Positions 13,200 to 27,125 of a DNA stretch of 64,000 bases are shown one piece after another. Below the pieces are notes generated by a model that was given only the letters and a program-made list of their open reading frames with translations, ran no database searches and was not told the origin of the DNA. Numbering within the stretch: position 1 is the stretch's first letter; the number at the start of each line of letters is the position of its first letter. Origin of the DNA: Tubulanus polymorphus (Eukaryota > Animalia > Nemertea); the NCBI RefSeq assembly GCF_964204645.1, contig NC_134035.1, forward strand, positions 7,029,101-7,093,100. The letters run 5' to 3'. The position numbers were made by a program, and so were the translations under genes.

Positions 13200-14270
13200 T
13201 TTGATAATATAATATTATTCTGTCCAACTTCCTAAATCATCTTTGTTTATATCTAATTCATTGAAATATTTAGGCATTTCTATTTAATTTAGTTGAGCCA
13301 TCCTTCTATGATAATCAATATCTATCTTAGCTTCTTTTCTTAATTTTTCAGAGTATTCATCAAAATCATCAAGATTACCAAAATCAAATCCAAAATATTT
13401 TATTAAATCATATAAATCTATTTTTCTCGAATACAATAATTTATATATTTGTTTAGTATTATTTTACGCGTAAGTTAAAAATTTATCAAATAACAACTTA
13501 AAGAATATATAATGTTGATTAGTGTTAGGATTTAAATATTTGATACATTCCTTTGGATCATCTAACAATAGTATCATACCCACATCTTTATAAACAATAA
13601 TAAGATGTATTTTTGATTTATAATGAGGATTTTCATCAACAGGTTCAATTTTTTCATAACAATAATCACATATTAGTTCTCTTTCATTTTCTATACGTCC
13701 CTGAGATTTTTATGTTTAGAAAAATCACTTTTAGTAATATCGAAATTACAAATACTACAATGTTTTTTAGATTCATCAATTATTTCATTATTCTCATCTG
13801 TAAATTGTTATCATTAGTTTCAATTGTATTGAAATTATCTGATATATTATTATCATTAGTTTCAATTATATTATCATTATCATTCTTTTATTTTTCTACA
13901 TGTTTCTTTGATTTCTTATGTGATGCCCAATTTTTATATGAAATATATTCCTCACATATATCACAATATTTTGGATTATCATAATCTTTTTTCGTTTCAA
14001 CATCATATGTAGAGGGTATATTATAAGATATAGATGCTGTACATCTTCTATTTTAGTTTCAATATTATTACTATCTTCTATTTTAGTTTCAATATTATTA
14101 CTATCTTCTATTTTAGATTCAATTTTATTGGTATCTTCTATTTTAGTTTCAATATTCTTTTCTATTTTACTTATTCTATACTTGAATTGATTATAGAATT
14201 CTCCAAAATACTCACTATATTCATAAGGTATTATATGATATATATATATATATATATATCCGATATCATT
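13200..14270 (-). pseudogene. Viral multi-C2H2 zinc-finger protein with 10-aa repeats
   Basis: Minus-strand KYCDICEEYISYKNWASHKKSKKH, KHCSICNFDITKSDFSKH and CDYCYEK..HYKSKIH; four 30-bp repeats encoding IETKIEDSNN (14040-14160); several frameshifts. Confidence 0.6.
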
Positions 14271-14283
14271 AAAAATGATTTTA

Positions 14284-15553
14284 TTAATACATAACACTAT
14301 CTAATTGAGAATTTATAATATTTAATTGCGCGCGTCAGATATAATATAAATATGCATTTTATAATTTAAACCTCCTTTTTTCTTTTTCATGAATAATTGT
14401 ATTCCATCTATTGTTTGTTGTAATTTTTCCCAGAACCATGTAATAAGTTATCTTCAGTGGTTCTAAAATCTAACCATAATGCAAATTTATTACCAGTATA
14501 ATAATCAATTTGATTCATTTTACAATCTTCAGATTCAGTTTATTTTTTTCAATCATAAAATGTTTTTTTAATTTCTACCCATTGATCTATCATTCTCATT
14601 CCTTGACAAAATATTTATATATATATTTTTTACATATTTGCTATACCTTCAATTGTTATTTCTACTTTTGATATTTCAGGATTATAGTAATTATCAACTT
14701 TAATTGCACCATTAGAATATGTTGCAATGGTAAAAAGTATTAATATACCTTTAATAGATCTTGGGAAGTTAATATTCTCATTAATTATTTCATCATTTGC
14801 ATTAATAGTTACAGTTTTAAATTTATCAATATAATCATATAATAATGAAAATCCTTGATTGTATTTAGTTTGAATTGTGTTACCAATAGTTTCATCAGTT
14901 ACTACATCATATTCTAAACATATATTTGATAATTTATAATCCATATCTTTAACAACGCTAGATAACACAATTTCATTAACAGGAGCAAATGTTATTTCGA
15001 ATATAATATCTTCTTAAATTGCATATTTATATAAAGGCGCATTAATATTTATCAATTCAAAGTCTAATGGAATTTTATATTTGCTTCCATAAATCTGTTT
15101 TATCAAATTATCTATGTCATTAGGTACTACTGCATTATCTGCTTCGGATCTTAATTTATTTTGGTTTCCTGATTTCTGATTGATGCCTTGAAATATCATA
15201 TTATTTCTATTTTCTTTTGTTAACCATAAATCTTTATAATGCGTAAATATATTAAAATTATCTAATGAAAAAACTGTTTCTGGTCCAATCTTTAAAGTTA
15301 ATTTTTTAATCAAATATCTTCCAACATAATCTACGACATAATTATTATTATTACCAGTTACTTTTATATCAGCTGATAAATAAATACTATTTGGAACATA
15401 AAAAGTATTATGTGTTAATCGAGAAATTCTAACATATAAAGTTTCATCAGGATTAATATTAGAAGGAGTATGAGTAATTATATGAGATCTTTCTGCTTTA
15501 ATAGCATTAGATATTCTAGAATTATTTGAAGGATTTACACAACTTCCAGTCAT
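14284..15553 (-). pseudogene. Major capsid-like protein (~420 aa when reassembled)
   Basis: ORFs 15014-15553 and 14630-14968 plus the tail YYTGNKFALWLDFRTTEDNLLHGSGK..DGIQLFM..MHIYIISDAQLNIINSQLDSVMY*. Beta-rich pattern and size fit a jelly-roll capsid, and it resembles capsid-like ORFs I recall beside pPolB in marine invertebrate genomes. The fold is not verified. Confidence 0.65.
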
Positions 15554-15579
15554 TAATTTAAGAAAAAAAAATCAATTAT

Positions 15580-16973
15580 TTATTTTTTATCATGTTTACT
15601 AATCCAAAAATAAATGCACTTACAACTGTAATTGAAAATAAAATTACATGTTCAACAGCAAAACTAATAATATTTGCAGCAGATTTTAAAACAAAACTAA
15701 CAATTGATGTAATAATTCCGGGTAAAGCTCCAGCAGATTTTTTCGATAATTCCCAGATATTTTGTTAATTTTTTTAAACCATCTTTTACTTTATCTTGTA
15801 TAGAACTATTATTATTTGGTGCTTTATCTGGTTTATTAGGAGTAGGTGTAGATTTTAATGAATTTGAAATAGCTAGACCAATTGTTGTAAATATCATAGT
15901 TACAGCTGTTAGAATTGAAAGAATTGTGATACCTTCTAAAATAAATAATCATTTTATTCTATCTTTCAATGATACTTTAGAATTTGTTTTTATTAATAAA
16001 TCTTTAAAATAACTTTTAATCTATTAATATTATAATCATGTGATTTTAATAATAATCTAATTTCTTCTTTCTGTAATTCTAAATTACATTTTAAATCATC
16101 AATTTCTTTTTCTAAACTTAATTCCTTTTGTCTATATTCAATTTCATCAATTACTCGATGATCTAAATCTGATTTTGATTGTTTTCATCCTTCATTTGGT
16201 TTAGATAATTCTTTTTCTAAAGTTTTAATTTTAAAATCTCTTATACTTTTATAGTGTGCAATTTTATCAGCTTCATTTCTTATACTTAATATTTCTCTAA
16301 TTGCTTTATCAGAAAATATATTTAAATCTTCTAATTCTCGATTTGTTGCGTAAGAAAATCCATTCTGTAAAAGTTTTTCAGTTTGAACTCTATATTTTTT
16401 GAATTAATAACTTCTTTAGGACTTGTTTCTGGTTCTAAATTCACATTAATTATCTTCAAAAATCATCATTTCTTCGATTAAATTCTCTTATTCTGTAACA
16501 TCAGTAAGAACATCATTATTGATTTTCTTAATTCTAGATTGTTCTTATTGAATTAAAGTTGTTTTTGTTATTATTTTATCAAGACTTCTATTAGAAGATA
16601 TCTTAAAATGATAGTCATCTTTCAAATGCTAATAATAATCACGATTTAAATATTTCAAATCTTTTACTAAATAATTCACACCTTTATTAGTTATATTGAA
16701 TCTAGACTTTTTTAATATTGGTTTCAATTGTTCAGTTGATTCATCATATTCTAATTCTTTTTTTTCTAGTCCTGGATTTAAATTTTCAATATTTAATCTT
16801 GAACGCGCTTTATTAACATATTCATTAGTATCAGGTCTTGCTAAATTAGAATTATATGCTGTTTCATTATCGTTACTAAAACTTGTTTCATTAAAATCGG
16901 GTTTTTGCTCATCAGTTATACCGGATTCATCGAAAGTACCCATTTCATAATCTTCTCCACCATCTACTTCCAT
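15580..16973 (-). pseudogene. Viral acidic/coiled-coil protein with C-terminal hydrophobic helices
   Basis: Starts MEVDGGEDYEMGTF; K/E-rich middle; ends GITILSILTAVTMIFTTIGLAI..PTPNKP..AGALPGIITSIV..SAANIISFAVEHVILFSITVVSAFIFGLV; multiple frameshifts. Confidence 0.6.
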
Positions 16974-17816
16974 TTATATAATAAAAAAATTCAAAATATA
17001 ATATTCCTCTTATTACAATACCTATACAAGCTAATTTAGTATTTTCATGTGATCTATTAACATTATTAGTTTTTAATTACTTCGTGATGAATATTATCAG
17101 TTTTTATATTTTGTGATGTAATGTATTCTTTTATTTAAGAATCATTATTTGATTTAATAATCTTTGTTTTAGTTTCTGTTGATTGAATATTTTTTTTAAC
17201 TTTTTCACCTTCCATTAGTTTTGAGCAGTAATAATCTTTTTATTTATATCATTTAATCCAAATGAATTATCTATTGTTGCAGTCTTAATTAAATTATTAT
17301 TACCAATTATATTTCCCATTTTTGATATTAAATCATCAGAAATAATTAATAAATTAGGACCTATACAATAATTTAATCTTACATGAGATTTATCTAAATA
17401 ATTTTGATATCTTACTATATTTTCGGGCATCGATCTATTTTTATCATTATGAATAGAATCTTCAAAAAATACTTTGATTTGTTTTTGTGGATCAAATGAT
17501 GTATTTAAATTTCCAATTATGGAGGATCTTGTTTCAACCTGTGATCCTAATATACAAAACAAATATATTCTAATAGATTGATTTATTCTTTGTATACCTG
17601 ATTCTGTAAAACCTTCACTATTTTCTAAAAAAAATAAACCATGATCATTCCAACTCATTCCACATCCTGTTGTTGCGCAATAAACTGCAAAATTTAATTG
17701 GTTCTGCCAACACTTCACATTGAATTTTGATAACTATTGTTTTTCATCATTCAATTATTTAAATTAATTAAGTATACATGCAATATATTTTCCATCTAAA
17801 CATTAAAATTATTTTT

Positions 17817-20800
17817 AGATTCAGCGCAGCTGAATCTATTAGTTTACTAAATGGTGCCGACTGATTAGTGTTGCACAACTTCTCCGCTTAATCTGTAGCA
17901 CCTGAACGCTATGAGTGTTATGTCAACAGGATTGTTACAGTTGTAGGGTCATAATTTCTGGTGGTATGGATATCTGGTGTATCTAATTTGGGCCCTGGGG
18001 GCTAATTTCCATACGATTTTGGGCATTTCTGAAGTGACATGTGACGTCATTTTCGCGTGGAGGCGAACCGCAGCACGCCCATCTGAATGACATTTATACA
18101 TGTAGATATACGCGCCGTAAAAAGATCCTCGTACCAGTAGGCCAACATCTTATCGCATGAGTCCGAAACTGCAAATATTTTCTAAGTAGATCCAATCGAT
18201 CGTCCCTTAAAACTTTCATAATATTTTACGGGAAAATATAGTTTCCATGCGCTAGTGGATAAATGCTGAATATTGCGAATGGATACGTGACTACGGCGCG
18301 CCGCCATTGACTTACTGTGACGCGAGTCTAGAGGTTGGTACCGGCATTTTACATTCTTTTTGTGAAAATGACAGGATTTGATGTGTAAATTATGTTTAGA
18401 CTAGATGTTAATAAAGCGTTGAATCGTTTTTTGTGTCGAGAATAAGAGTTGTCAATGCGTATTTAACTGGCAATTCCACTGGTGATGTGTCTTGTCAGTT
18501 TCCCGTCCGGCGGCACTAAGGCCTAAACGTACGTCATTTTTTTTTCGCTAGCTCGGCCGGTACTTGTAGGTGATGTTAGGATATTACTTGCCCATATATC
18601 CAGACAGTGGTCTTGAATCCACGATTATGTATTTTTATCGTATTATTCGGTCCATGAATTACACAAGCGCTTTCCGGCCTTAGTTCAGTGAAGCTTCACC
18701 TTTCTTTGAATGCATTCGGTCGAAGCGACCAATATATACGTGCTGTGCTGGGTACAGTAGTACAGCACTATATTCATTGATGTTTATACATGCAATGATA
18801 CATACGTAGTTGTACAACCACAGACGCAATTTTGTTCATTAAAAAAGCAATACCTTACTTCTGGAGTTACCGTTTTGGCGCTTGGGCTTAATATTAATAT
18901 TCCAATAAGGCCATCAACCCGTAACCCGACCGACCCGACTTCAAAGGTACCGGGTGAAAACTTTTTTTTCTGGGATTCAGTGAAATAAATTTATTTTTTA
19001 TAAAAACGGCCGACAGACCCACTGCCGATGTATGAGCTACGTATGTTTGAAGTGTGCATGGTGTGAAAACATGCCTTGACATGTGGCCTAGTTTAAGTTT
19101 TCCAGGAAACTGGCGGTGTTCCAATAAGCTGCCATTCATTCTAATAGTGACTATATTAAAGCTGGGATCATAAAAGCGCGCATATATTCAAGTACTGTTC
19201 CATTTTTAACAGAGATTACGCTCTGGACGAGGTTATAATTTTAGAATAATTCTTGAAATCTACGCAACGCTATTCGACAAATTTTCTGTGCACAACGTAG
19301 ATTTGTGTTATTTTTTCCACGTAACAAAGGTGATAAATTTGTTTTTTTGCCCAAAGATTTTGCAAAAAAATTTCTACCTACCTACCTGAAAAGTTGAGTC
19401 GGTGTTACGGCAAACAGACAATTATTTTGGGATAGCCTAAAATATAAGGCTACTTTATTTTTCATCCTTGAGTTCATTTATTTCAACAAGAAATACATAC
19501 CGATATAGGCTTAGCCATATAAAGATCAATTTTTTTGAAACCCGGGGATATAAAAGGCCTAACTATTGAAACCCCATTATGATGCCTGCTTAAAATGCCA
19601 CATCCCTGCGCTGCAATATTAATAACCCTGATATGCACCGTTAATAATTTATAGTTAATAATTTTTACATTCCATTTTGACCAGGTGTCCGCTTCACTAC
19701 TAGGCCTACCATACACTAATATTAACCCTTCACCACTTACCATGCACTGATACTAACCCTTCACCACTTACCATACGCCGATATTAACCCTTCCCCACAT
19801 ACCATACGTCGATATTAACCCTTCCCCACTTACCATACACTGATATTAACCCTTTACCGCTTACCATGCACTGATATTAACCCTTCACCACTTACCATAC
19901 GCCATTATTAACCCTTCACCACTTACCATACACTGATATTAACCCTTCACCGCTTACCATGCACCGATATTAACCCTTCACCACTTACCATACGCCGATA
20001 TTAACCCTTCACCACTTACAATTCACCGATATTAACCCCTTCGCCACTTAATATACACTGAGTTTAACCCTTCACCACTCACCATGCACTGATATCAACC
20101 CTTCATCTCTGACCATACACTGATATTAACCCTTCAACACTTACCATACACTGATATTAACCCTTCACCACTTACCATACACTGATATTAACCCTTCACC
20201 ACTTACCGTACACTGATATTAACCCTTCAGCACTAACCATACACTGATATCAACCCTTCACCTCTGACCATACACTGATATTAACCCTTCAACACTTACC
20301 ATACACTGATATTAACCCTTCACCACTTACCATACACTGATATTAACTCTTCACTACTTACCATACACGAATTCCTGTGTTGCAACTGAAATGGTAAACA
20401 CATTTGGTCCTACCTTAATGCAGTTGCTTGCATACCATAAATCCAATAAAGTATGTGCTACTAATTGAAATTAATGGCTCCATTCAAGTTCTACGTAACT
20501 TAGTATATTGAGTTTAAACCTTTAAAGCAAAAGCAAGGTATACCACCAATGATAACCAGAAAAGGTGTCACTATTCACATGAGTTAACTTTTTGCCATTA
20601 TTTTTTCAGATGATGAATATATAGAAACTACAGACGAAAAAGAATCCCACGACTGTAGCACATTTACCTCTGAGGGTTGCAATAAAGAAATAAGAAAAAT
20701 ATACTACTACTGTTGCTGCTGCTTGGTCCCCAGTTTCATGCGTTGTAACTGACAGCTTTGCAAAGGCCAAAATGATAGTATGAAACCAGAATCATAATTC

Positions 20801-21012
20801 GTGCAAACACTAGAAATTGAGTGTTCATTCATACATCATAGCAGGCACTGGTCCAAATAAGTTCCCTCAATCAATTTTTGGTTACTTGGTCCAGTGGAGG
20901 GTCAACCACTCTTCTTTTTATGAGAAACATGTCATCATCCCATGACAATTTGTCAAGCACATGACTATTTACTTTCAAAGCTGAATCTCACTGTGCCCAC
21001 GGGCACCTTGTT
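17817..21012 (+). mobile_element. Helentron-associated non-autonomous element (HINE/DINE-1-like) inserted in a T-run
   Basis: 5' subTIR AGATTCAGC (17817-17825) with adjacent inverted copy GCTGAATCT (17829-17837); 3' subTIR GCTGAATCT (20980-20988); terminal hairpin GTGCCC-AC-GGGCAC followed by CTTGTT; internal tandem array. Confidence 0.75.
19708..20368. repeat. 31-bp minisatellite, ~21 copies (CCATACACTGATATTAACCCTTCACCACTTA)
   Basis: Head-to-tail units visible directly; no unique spacers. Confidence 0.95.
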
Positions 21013-21124
21013 TAGTATCTTAGTATCAGTAACATAAATATCTAAATTCATTGATGAATTTCAAACTTCATTTCTATATGTAATATTTTCATTAAAATCT
21101 ATTGCTGGAATATGATATCATTTA

Positions 21125-22238
21125 ATAATTTATTAATTCTTTTAATGATTTATCTTGTTCTTCAATTTTTATATTACCATTTAAACTAATTATATAATCT
21201 AATGTGTTTTTTTAATTTCTTTTATATCAGATTTATTAGATATATTAGTTTTTCTTTATTACTTTTTATATTTAGTTGAGAGCTAGAGAGTCAATACACT
21301 AGAACTGAAACCTAGCACACCATTTGAGATAGCTAACAGTGTCAATTGTGAGAATATTGCTAAAAATGTAATCACCGAACTTATTGAAAACGAACCACTT
21401 ATAATAAAATAATATATAATTTTAGATTTTAAATATTTCTTTTTAACTTTTAAATCATTTTCGAATTCTAATATTTGTTTTTCCAATTATAATTTTGATT
21501 TAGTTTTATTAATATCATGAGAAATAATATAAATATTATCAACTTTATCATCCATTTATTTAACAAAAAAAAATATATATAATTAATTTGTAAATTTATA
21601 TGCTACAAATATAACAATAACATTTCCACCTAAAACCCAAATTATTTCATATTTCTTCTGTTCATTACTTTGGGTATAACAATCCGATATTGTAGGTTTA
21701 TATAGATGTAATTTGTCTTTATTTGTTACTGCGTTATATAAACTCATTGCATCATCGGCGGATTGAAAATCACTATGTGAAATTTTCTGATTATATAATT
21801 CTGTGTTAATATAATCCATGTAATTTTGTCTCTTTTCTCTATATTCTTCTGCTGCTTTATTATATTTTTCTAACGCTAAGTTATGTCTTTTTTGTTCTGA
21901 TAATGAACTATTTTATCAATATGCTTAAATAAGTAACCACCACCTGTAAATGCTAAAGCGTTAACAATCGCAGACCCGATAATAGTTATAATTGCAGAAG
22001 CCATTTATTTGTCAAAAATTATGCATTTATAGGAGGAATATATTTTTGTTTTTCGAAGTAATCAATTAGATAAAGTAACTGCTAATGTTAATTTTAAAAT
22101 ATCATTTATATCAACTCTATCAACATTAATATTTCCCATTTAAAATACTTTCTTCAATAACATTGTATAACCAACTGTTCCCACTGAAAGTAATGCTCCA
22201 TTATATAAACCAGTAATTATTCACTTATTATCACTCAT
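21125..22238 (-). pseudogene. Three small viral hydrophobic/membrane protein genes (starts at 22238, 22004, 21555)
   Basis: MSDNK*IITGLYNGALLSVGTVGYTMLLKKVF..; MASAIITIIGSAIVNALAFTGGGYLFKHID..EQKRHNLALEKYNKA..YEIIWVLGGNVIVIFVAYKF; MDDKVDNIY..YFIISGSFSISSVITFLAIFSQLTLLAISNGVLGFSSSVLTL. Each has stops or frameshifts. Confidence 0.65.
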
Positions 22239-22240
22239 TT

Positions 22241-23350
22241 ATTTATCATGAAAATCACCTTCTTCAAAATATTTAGTTATCTTAGTTATAACTATTTCAA
22301 CATTTATAATATTATTAGTTTCATTTTTATATATTTCAGTTATTATTCTTTTAATATCATCGATAATAAAATCTTCATCTAATTCATAAAATCTTAAAGA
22401 ATTTCTAATTAAATCAGTAATCTCTTTCTACATTATAAATTTCTTTATTTATTGTATTTTCATAATCAAATGTTGTTTCATTAAAAAATGCAATAATTTT
22501 AATACGTGTTATTACATCATTAATATCAAATTTCATTTCTTTCTCACGTTTAAAATCAAATCCAAAACATATACTCGGTCATACTGTTATATTCATATTC
22601 ATATATCAAAGAAATTACTCTTTACATCTTATAACTAATTCATAAATTACAGGAAAAATTATTTAAATCAATTAAATATCCATTATGATTTCTTATTTCT
22701 AATTTAAAATTATTAAATTGTGGAATACAAGGTTTGAAATCAGATTCAGCTAAATTTTAATTTATTTGTGTTCCAAATTGTTTAACATTTTTTAAAATAT
22801 TTAATATACTAGAATTAAAAATTGTATCTTTAGCTGCTTCGAATGTTTTTTATAGGATCAATTAAATTACAATAAATATAGAATGTGTGTAAGGTATTAA
22901 ATTTGGTGTAGCATCAATATTTGTAAAAAAATGTATTACAGATGAGGAATTCCTAACAGTTTTTTTACCATAAATTTAAGTTTTTCACTATGAGATAACC
23001 TTATCTTTATTTTGTCAGAACTATCATTTTTTTTAAATCTACTGTTAAACCCGGAATCACTACCTAATTTTTGCCAGGCTTTTTTGTTAATTTGATAATG
23101 TATCTAGATTATATAACCCTGGTTTTAAATATACATAGAACCATTCATTTTTATTTTTATTAAAAATTTAAAAGGCTCTATGTTCAAGAGTTTTATTCGA
23201 TATATTGTAAAATGAGTTACAAAAACTAATATGTACTAATTTCAAATCAGCACAATTTCTAAATTATCTATCTAATTGTATTAATAAATTATGAGATTTA
23301 TAATCGTAAGTCTTCTTGAATCAAAAAATATTCTATATTCTTTTAATTTA
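22241..23350 (-). pseudogene. Minor capsid (penton)-like gene, heavily degraded
   Basis: LKLVHISFCNSFYNIS...WFYVYLKPGLYNLDTL resembles the N-terminal 'NSxYNI...PGxY' pattern of Polinton/PLV minor capsids. Confidence 0.45.
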
Positions 23351-25812
23351 TCTTATTATTTAATTTATCTTATCATTTATTTTACGTATTTTTTTATTCG
23401 AAATCTATATCATGACATCCTTTTTCATTCTAACCTTTGTATATGGAATATAAATCACCAGAATATAATTCCTCAATATCTTCCCTAGATAATCTATGAA
23501 ATCTATCTGGTAAATATGTTCTGAATTTATATTTATTTCCTTTTAATCCTTTTTGAATTCATAATCTACAGATTTGACATTTGTAGTATCTTTGATTCTA
23601 TTTAAAGGTCCTATGACCTCTGATTTGGGATTTCTCCTTTTTGGTTTCGATAAACTAAGTAGACACCCCTTTACTACTCAGTGTCACTATTTTTTATGTT
23701 TGCGCGAACATATTCGGAAAAATCGGGTCTTAAAATACTTTACTCGCGCATATCCATAAAAGCTAGTTCATTTTTTGGCCACTACTCGCGGTGTGGCGCT
23801 TTAATTTTGTGACGTAGGTTCCGACAGGGTCTGACTATTTCAGATGGCTGGGAGTCACCTTCATTTCGGTCAACGAATTATACATTTAGACTTCACCTAC
23901 GATGTAACGTAGCCCAATACACTGGGTTCGAATCCCGTAAATCGTTCCACGAACTCGGTCCTTCAGCGCAATTCGTTCAAACAAAATTCCCATTTTTTGT
24001 CTGAATGAAATTCAAATTAATGACCAATAGAAACTTATTTCCAATCAGGAGATCGGCTATCCAAAAGGAAATTCCTTAAAAAGTCCTCCCAAATTACATT
24101 CAACTTGAAGAAAAATATAAACTAAAACCATGAACATATATGTACCATACAAACTTTTTTATTTCACAAATTTCTTAATTTGAATAAACACCACATTGTT
24201 CTGATATAAATCAACTACCACAATTTTAAAATTTGAATATACATGTACATTGTTCTGATTGACTTTATAAAATAAAAAATAAAAAATTGGATTACAACAC
24301 GGCCTTACAGCATTTTAATAGTGCATACGGTGCAGATGATGTTAGGTGACAATGAGTAAAATATGGTGAATATTACAAGTCATTGATATACAAATATGGT
24401 GATTGTCAAACATTTCGCTACAACGATCGGGTTACTAAGATATAAAAAATTATTATGTGTAAAAAGTTAAAAAGCAAACCAAAATGGCCAAATTAGCTCA
24501 CCTGTTGCCGAAGTGTGCAGAAAATAAATGTTATCAAATTACTAGTCAGTAACCTGTCTGTGGTTTAGTTTCACGATCGGATATTTTCACAAACCACAGT
24601 CAGGAATGGGAAGGTCATTTTTCTATGAAATCTTCGTCAGCCAATTTGCCTGACGAGTAATTTGCCTTGCATTTCATTGTCTCTTAAGATATCCGTATAA
24701 TTTTTGTTGTAATCGACGCACAACAGATTCGTAGTTTGTCTGATACCTATAACACCTCACCTGACGATCTTAATCCATGTGCAAATCGGCCGTAAAGTGA
24801 GAGTAAATTTCCGTCTAGTCAACAGCTGCCATTTTGAAAATTACTGGAGGTGCTGGCACCTGTGGACTGAGGCCAGGACAACAGCACAAACTAACAAAGC
24901 GAAACGACGAAATTTAAAAAAATTAAAAAATCAACACTTATTCACATTTTTCTTTTACCAGAAATTTCTTATTTCATTATTTATTATGGAAAACACGAAG
25001 ACTTGAAATAAAAGTTGGAAAACCATCAAAAATAAAAATTGTCGTTTCGTCTTGAAAGTTTTATATAAATCCTTGTAGGTCCCCTAGTCTTATCATGCCA
25101 CATGTGCAATACAGAGAAATGGCGGCCAATGGCGAAATTTGTGGAGAAATTAATTAATTTCTCAAAATAATGTTGATTAATCACTCGAAACATACATAAA
25201 ATTGGATTATTTCGAATGGTACCTGTGTTAGTTTGTGAATTAAGCCATTAATTGTGGACTGAAGTGAATAGAAAGTATATTTTTGAAGTGTTACTTTTTT
25301 CAACCGTGTTTTGGTCCTTGTCATCCCTAACGTTGGTATAAGCCCATCCGATTATAAAAAGCTTACCACCAACGATTAGGTAACTAACTAACTCTACCGA
25401 AGATTGTTTCGTGATACCGCCATCAGTTGCCCTGTCAATTGGTTATTCGCCGGCACGATTCTTCTTGAAAAAAGGTGCAATACCAACAATTTTTAATGTG
25501 CCAACAAGAAAACAGTCGGAAAAGCGGAACAACTCAGCAGTTCAAAAAAGAGATCACATAAAGGTAAGCTTATAATCATTTGTTAGGCTAAAAAAATGAT
25601 ACCTTGTTTCTCCGCCACAGCGGCTGGGTCATATTTGTGAACTCCAATAAAATTTGTAATCAGTTCATTTCTGTGACCGGTCGGGTCTGCTATCCTATCT
25701 TGATTCATTGATTTAACTTTTCATTACAGATAATGAAAGAATTGTTTCCAACTACGCAGAGCACGAGTACGTTAACTATGGAGGAACAGGACACCGGGTC
25801 TCGTGATGATGA

Positions 25813-25864
25813 TGGTGGTGGTGGTGGTGGTGGTGGTGGTGGTGGTGGTGGTGGTGGTGGTGGT
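25813..25864 (+). repeat. (GGT)n microsatellite encoding poly-Gly in a transposase exon
   Basis: About 17 GGT units flanked by GAT repeats. Confidence 0.95.
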
Positions 25865-27125
25865 GATGATGATACCCAAACAGAGAGTAGGCCTACCAGT
25901 ACAACATCTGCTATCCAGTGCGAGCTCTTATGTGACGATAATGAATCGGATGAATCGGACATGGAATGTGAGGATGATGAGGAAGAATTTTTGGATCCAA
26001 CCTGGAATCCTGATGATTTTAAGTAAGTATATAAATGTTTACCTAACCCTTTATTTGGAAACGTAAGGCTGGAACACTAGTTTTAATTCTCAAGGAGTAC
26101 TTACGATATTCAATTAATACATACAGCAAGTGAAACTAAAATCATGAATCATTTTAAATTCTAAAAATTTTTATCGAGATGACGGAGATGATGATGAAGA
26201 GGTTACGACATACTCAGTACCAGTAGCCGATGGTCCACTCAGGGAGGCAAAATTTCTCTGTTTTGAGTCAGCAGTGTTGTCTCTGCTGACTATCTGTACG
26301 ATCTGCCTGTCACCATGTCAAGTAACGAAACGTTCATTATCTGGATCAGCCGTGAAGTACCAGACAGTCTGTAGTGGTCCCGATTCGCATGTTAGGGAAT
26401 GGTCTTCACAGCCAGAACATCAACGGATGGCACTAGGAAATTTACCTGCTGCTGCGGGTGTCTTCTTCAGTGCTCTGAGCCCAAGTAAGTTCTTCACCAT
26501 GTGCCAAAGTCTGAACATCAAGATGATAAACTTGCGCCATTTCTTCAGAGTTACCTGAGTTTGGCTATCTATACTGTTTGGACTCGGAATCAGAAGGTAA
26601 TGGTGACGGAATTACAGAAGCGAATAAAAAAGATGAGAAACAAGCTATCGCTAGGTGGAGATGGACGCTGCTGTTCACCGGGCCATACAGCAAAGTATGG
26701 TTCATATTCGATCATCGATACGGAGACCCAAAAAATTCTGGACTTTCAACTCATTCAAGTAACTCAGGATATCTCAGCTTTGTGAAACTCTATCAAGATG
26801 TTGAGGTAATTTTTAAACATTCTTAAGGTGAAACCTGATTTTTTATTCATTGTTTTTTTTGTAGAGCAACGAAGTAAGAAGTTCAAATTCAATGGAGTTG
26901 GAGGGATTCGAACGATGCATGGCATTTTTGAAAGAAAATAAACTGGGAGTTAAAGATATTACCACCAATCGTCACGTTCAAATAAAGAAATATTTACGGC
27001 AGAAAATGACAAATGTTACCCACTTCTTTGATGCATGGCATATATCAAAAGGTATTCAATTTGCAGATATGATAATTAGAATTGTCAAGTCGAGAAGATA
27101 CACAATATCCATGTAAGATGAATAA

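Larger units (their letters stand above)
16990..21121 (-). pseudogene. Viral gene with WQNQLNFAVYCATTGCG motif and C-terminal hydrophobic tail, split by the 17817-21012 insertion
   Basis: The 5' part 21121-21014 (..MNLDIYVTDTK) continues into 17816-16990 (NNFNV..., ORF 17215-17718, ..HENTKLACIGIVIRGIIYF). Confidence 0.6.

Noticed and set aside
19708-20368. 31-bp periodic array as a possible CRISPR
   Set aside because: Units are contiguous with no unique spacers, there are no cas genes, and the context is eukaryotic. It is a minisatellite.
17821-21029. TCAG 4-bp TSD around the 3.2-kb insert
   Set aside because: The left TCAG is part of the element's subTIR; Helentron-type ends in a T-run explain the junctions better.
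25705-26066. Poly-Pro and poly-Val ORFs
   Set aside because: Alternative frames of the (GGT)n microsatellite in the transposase exon.
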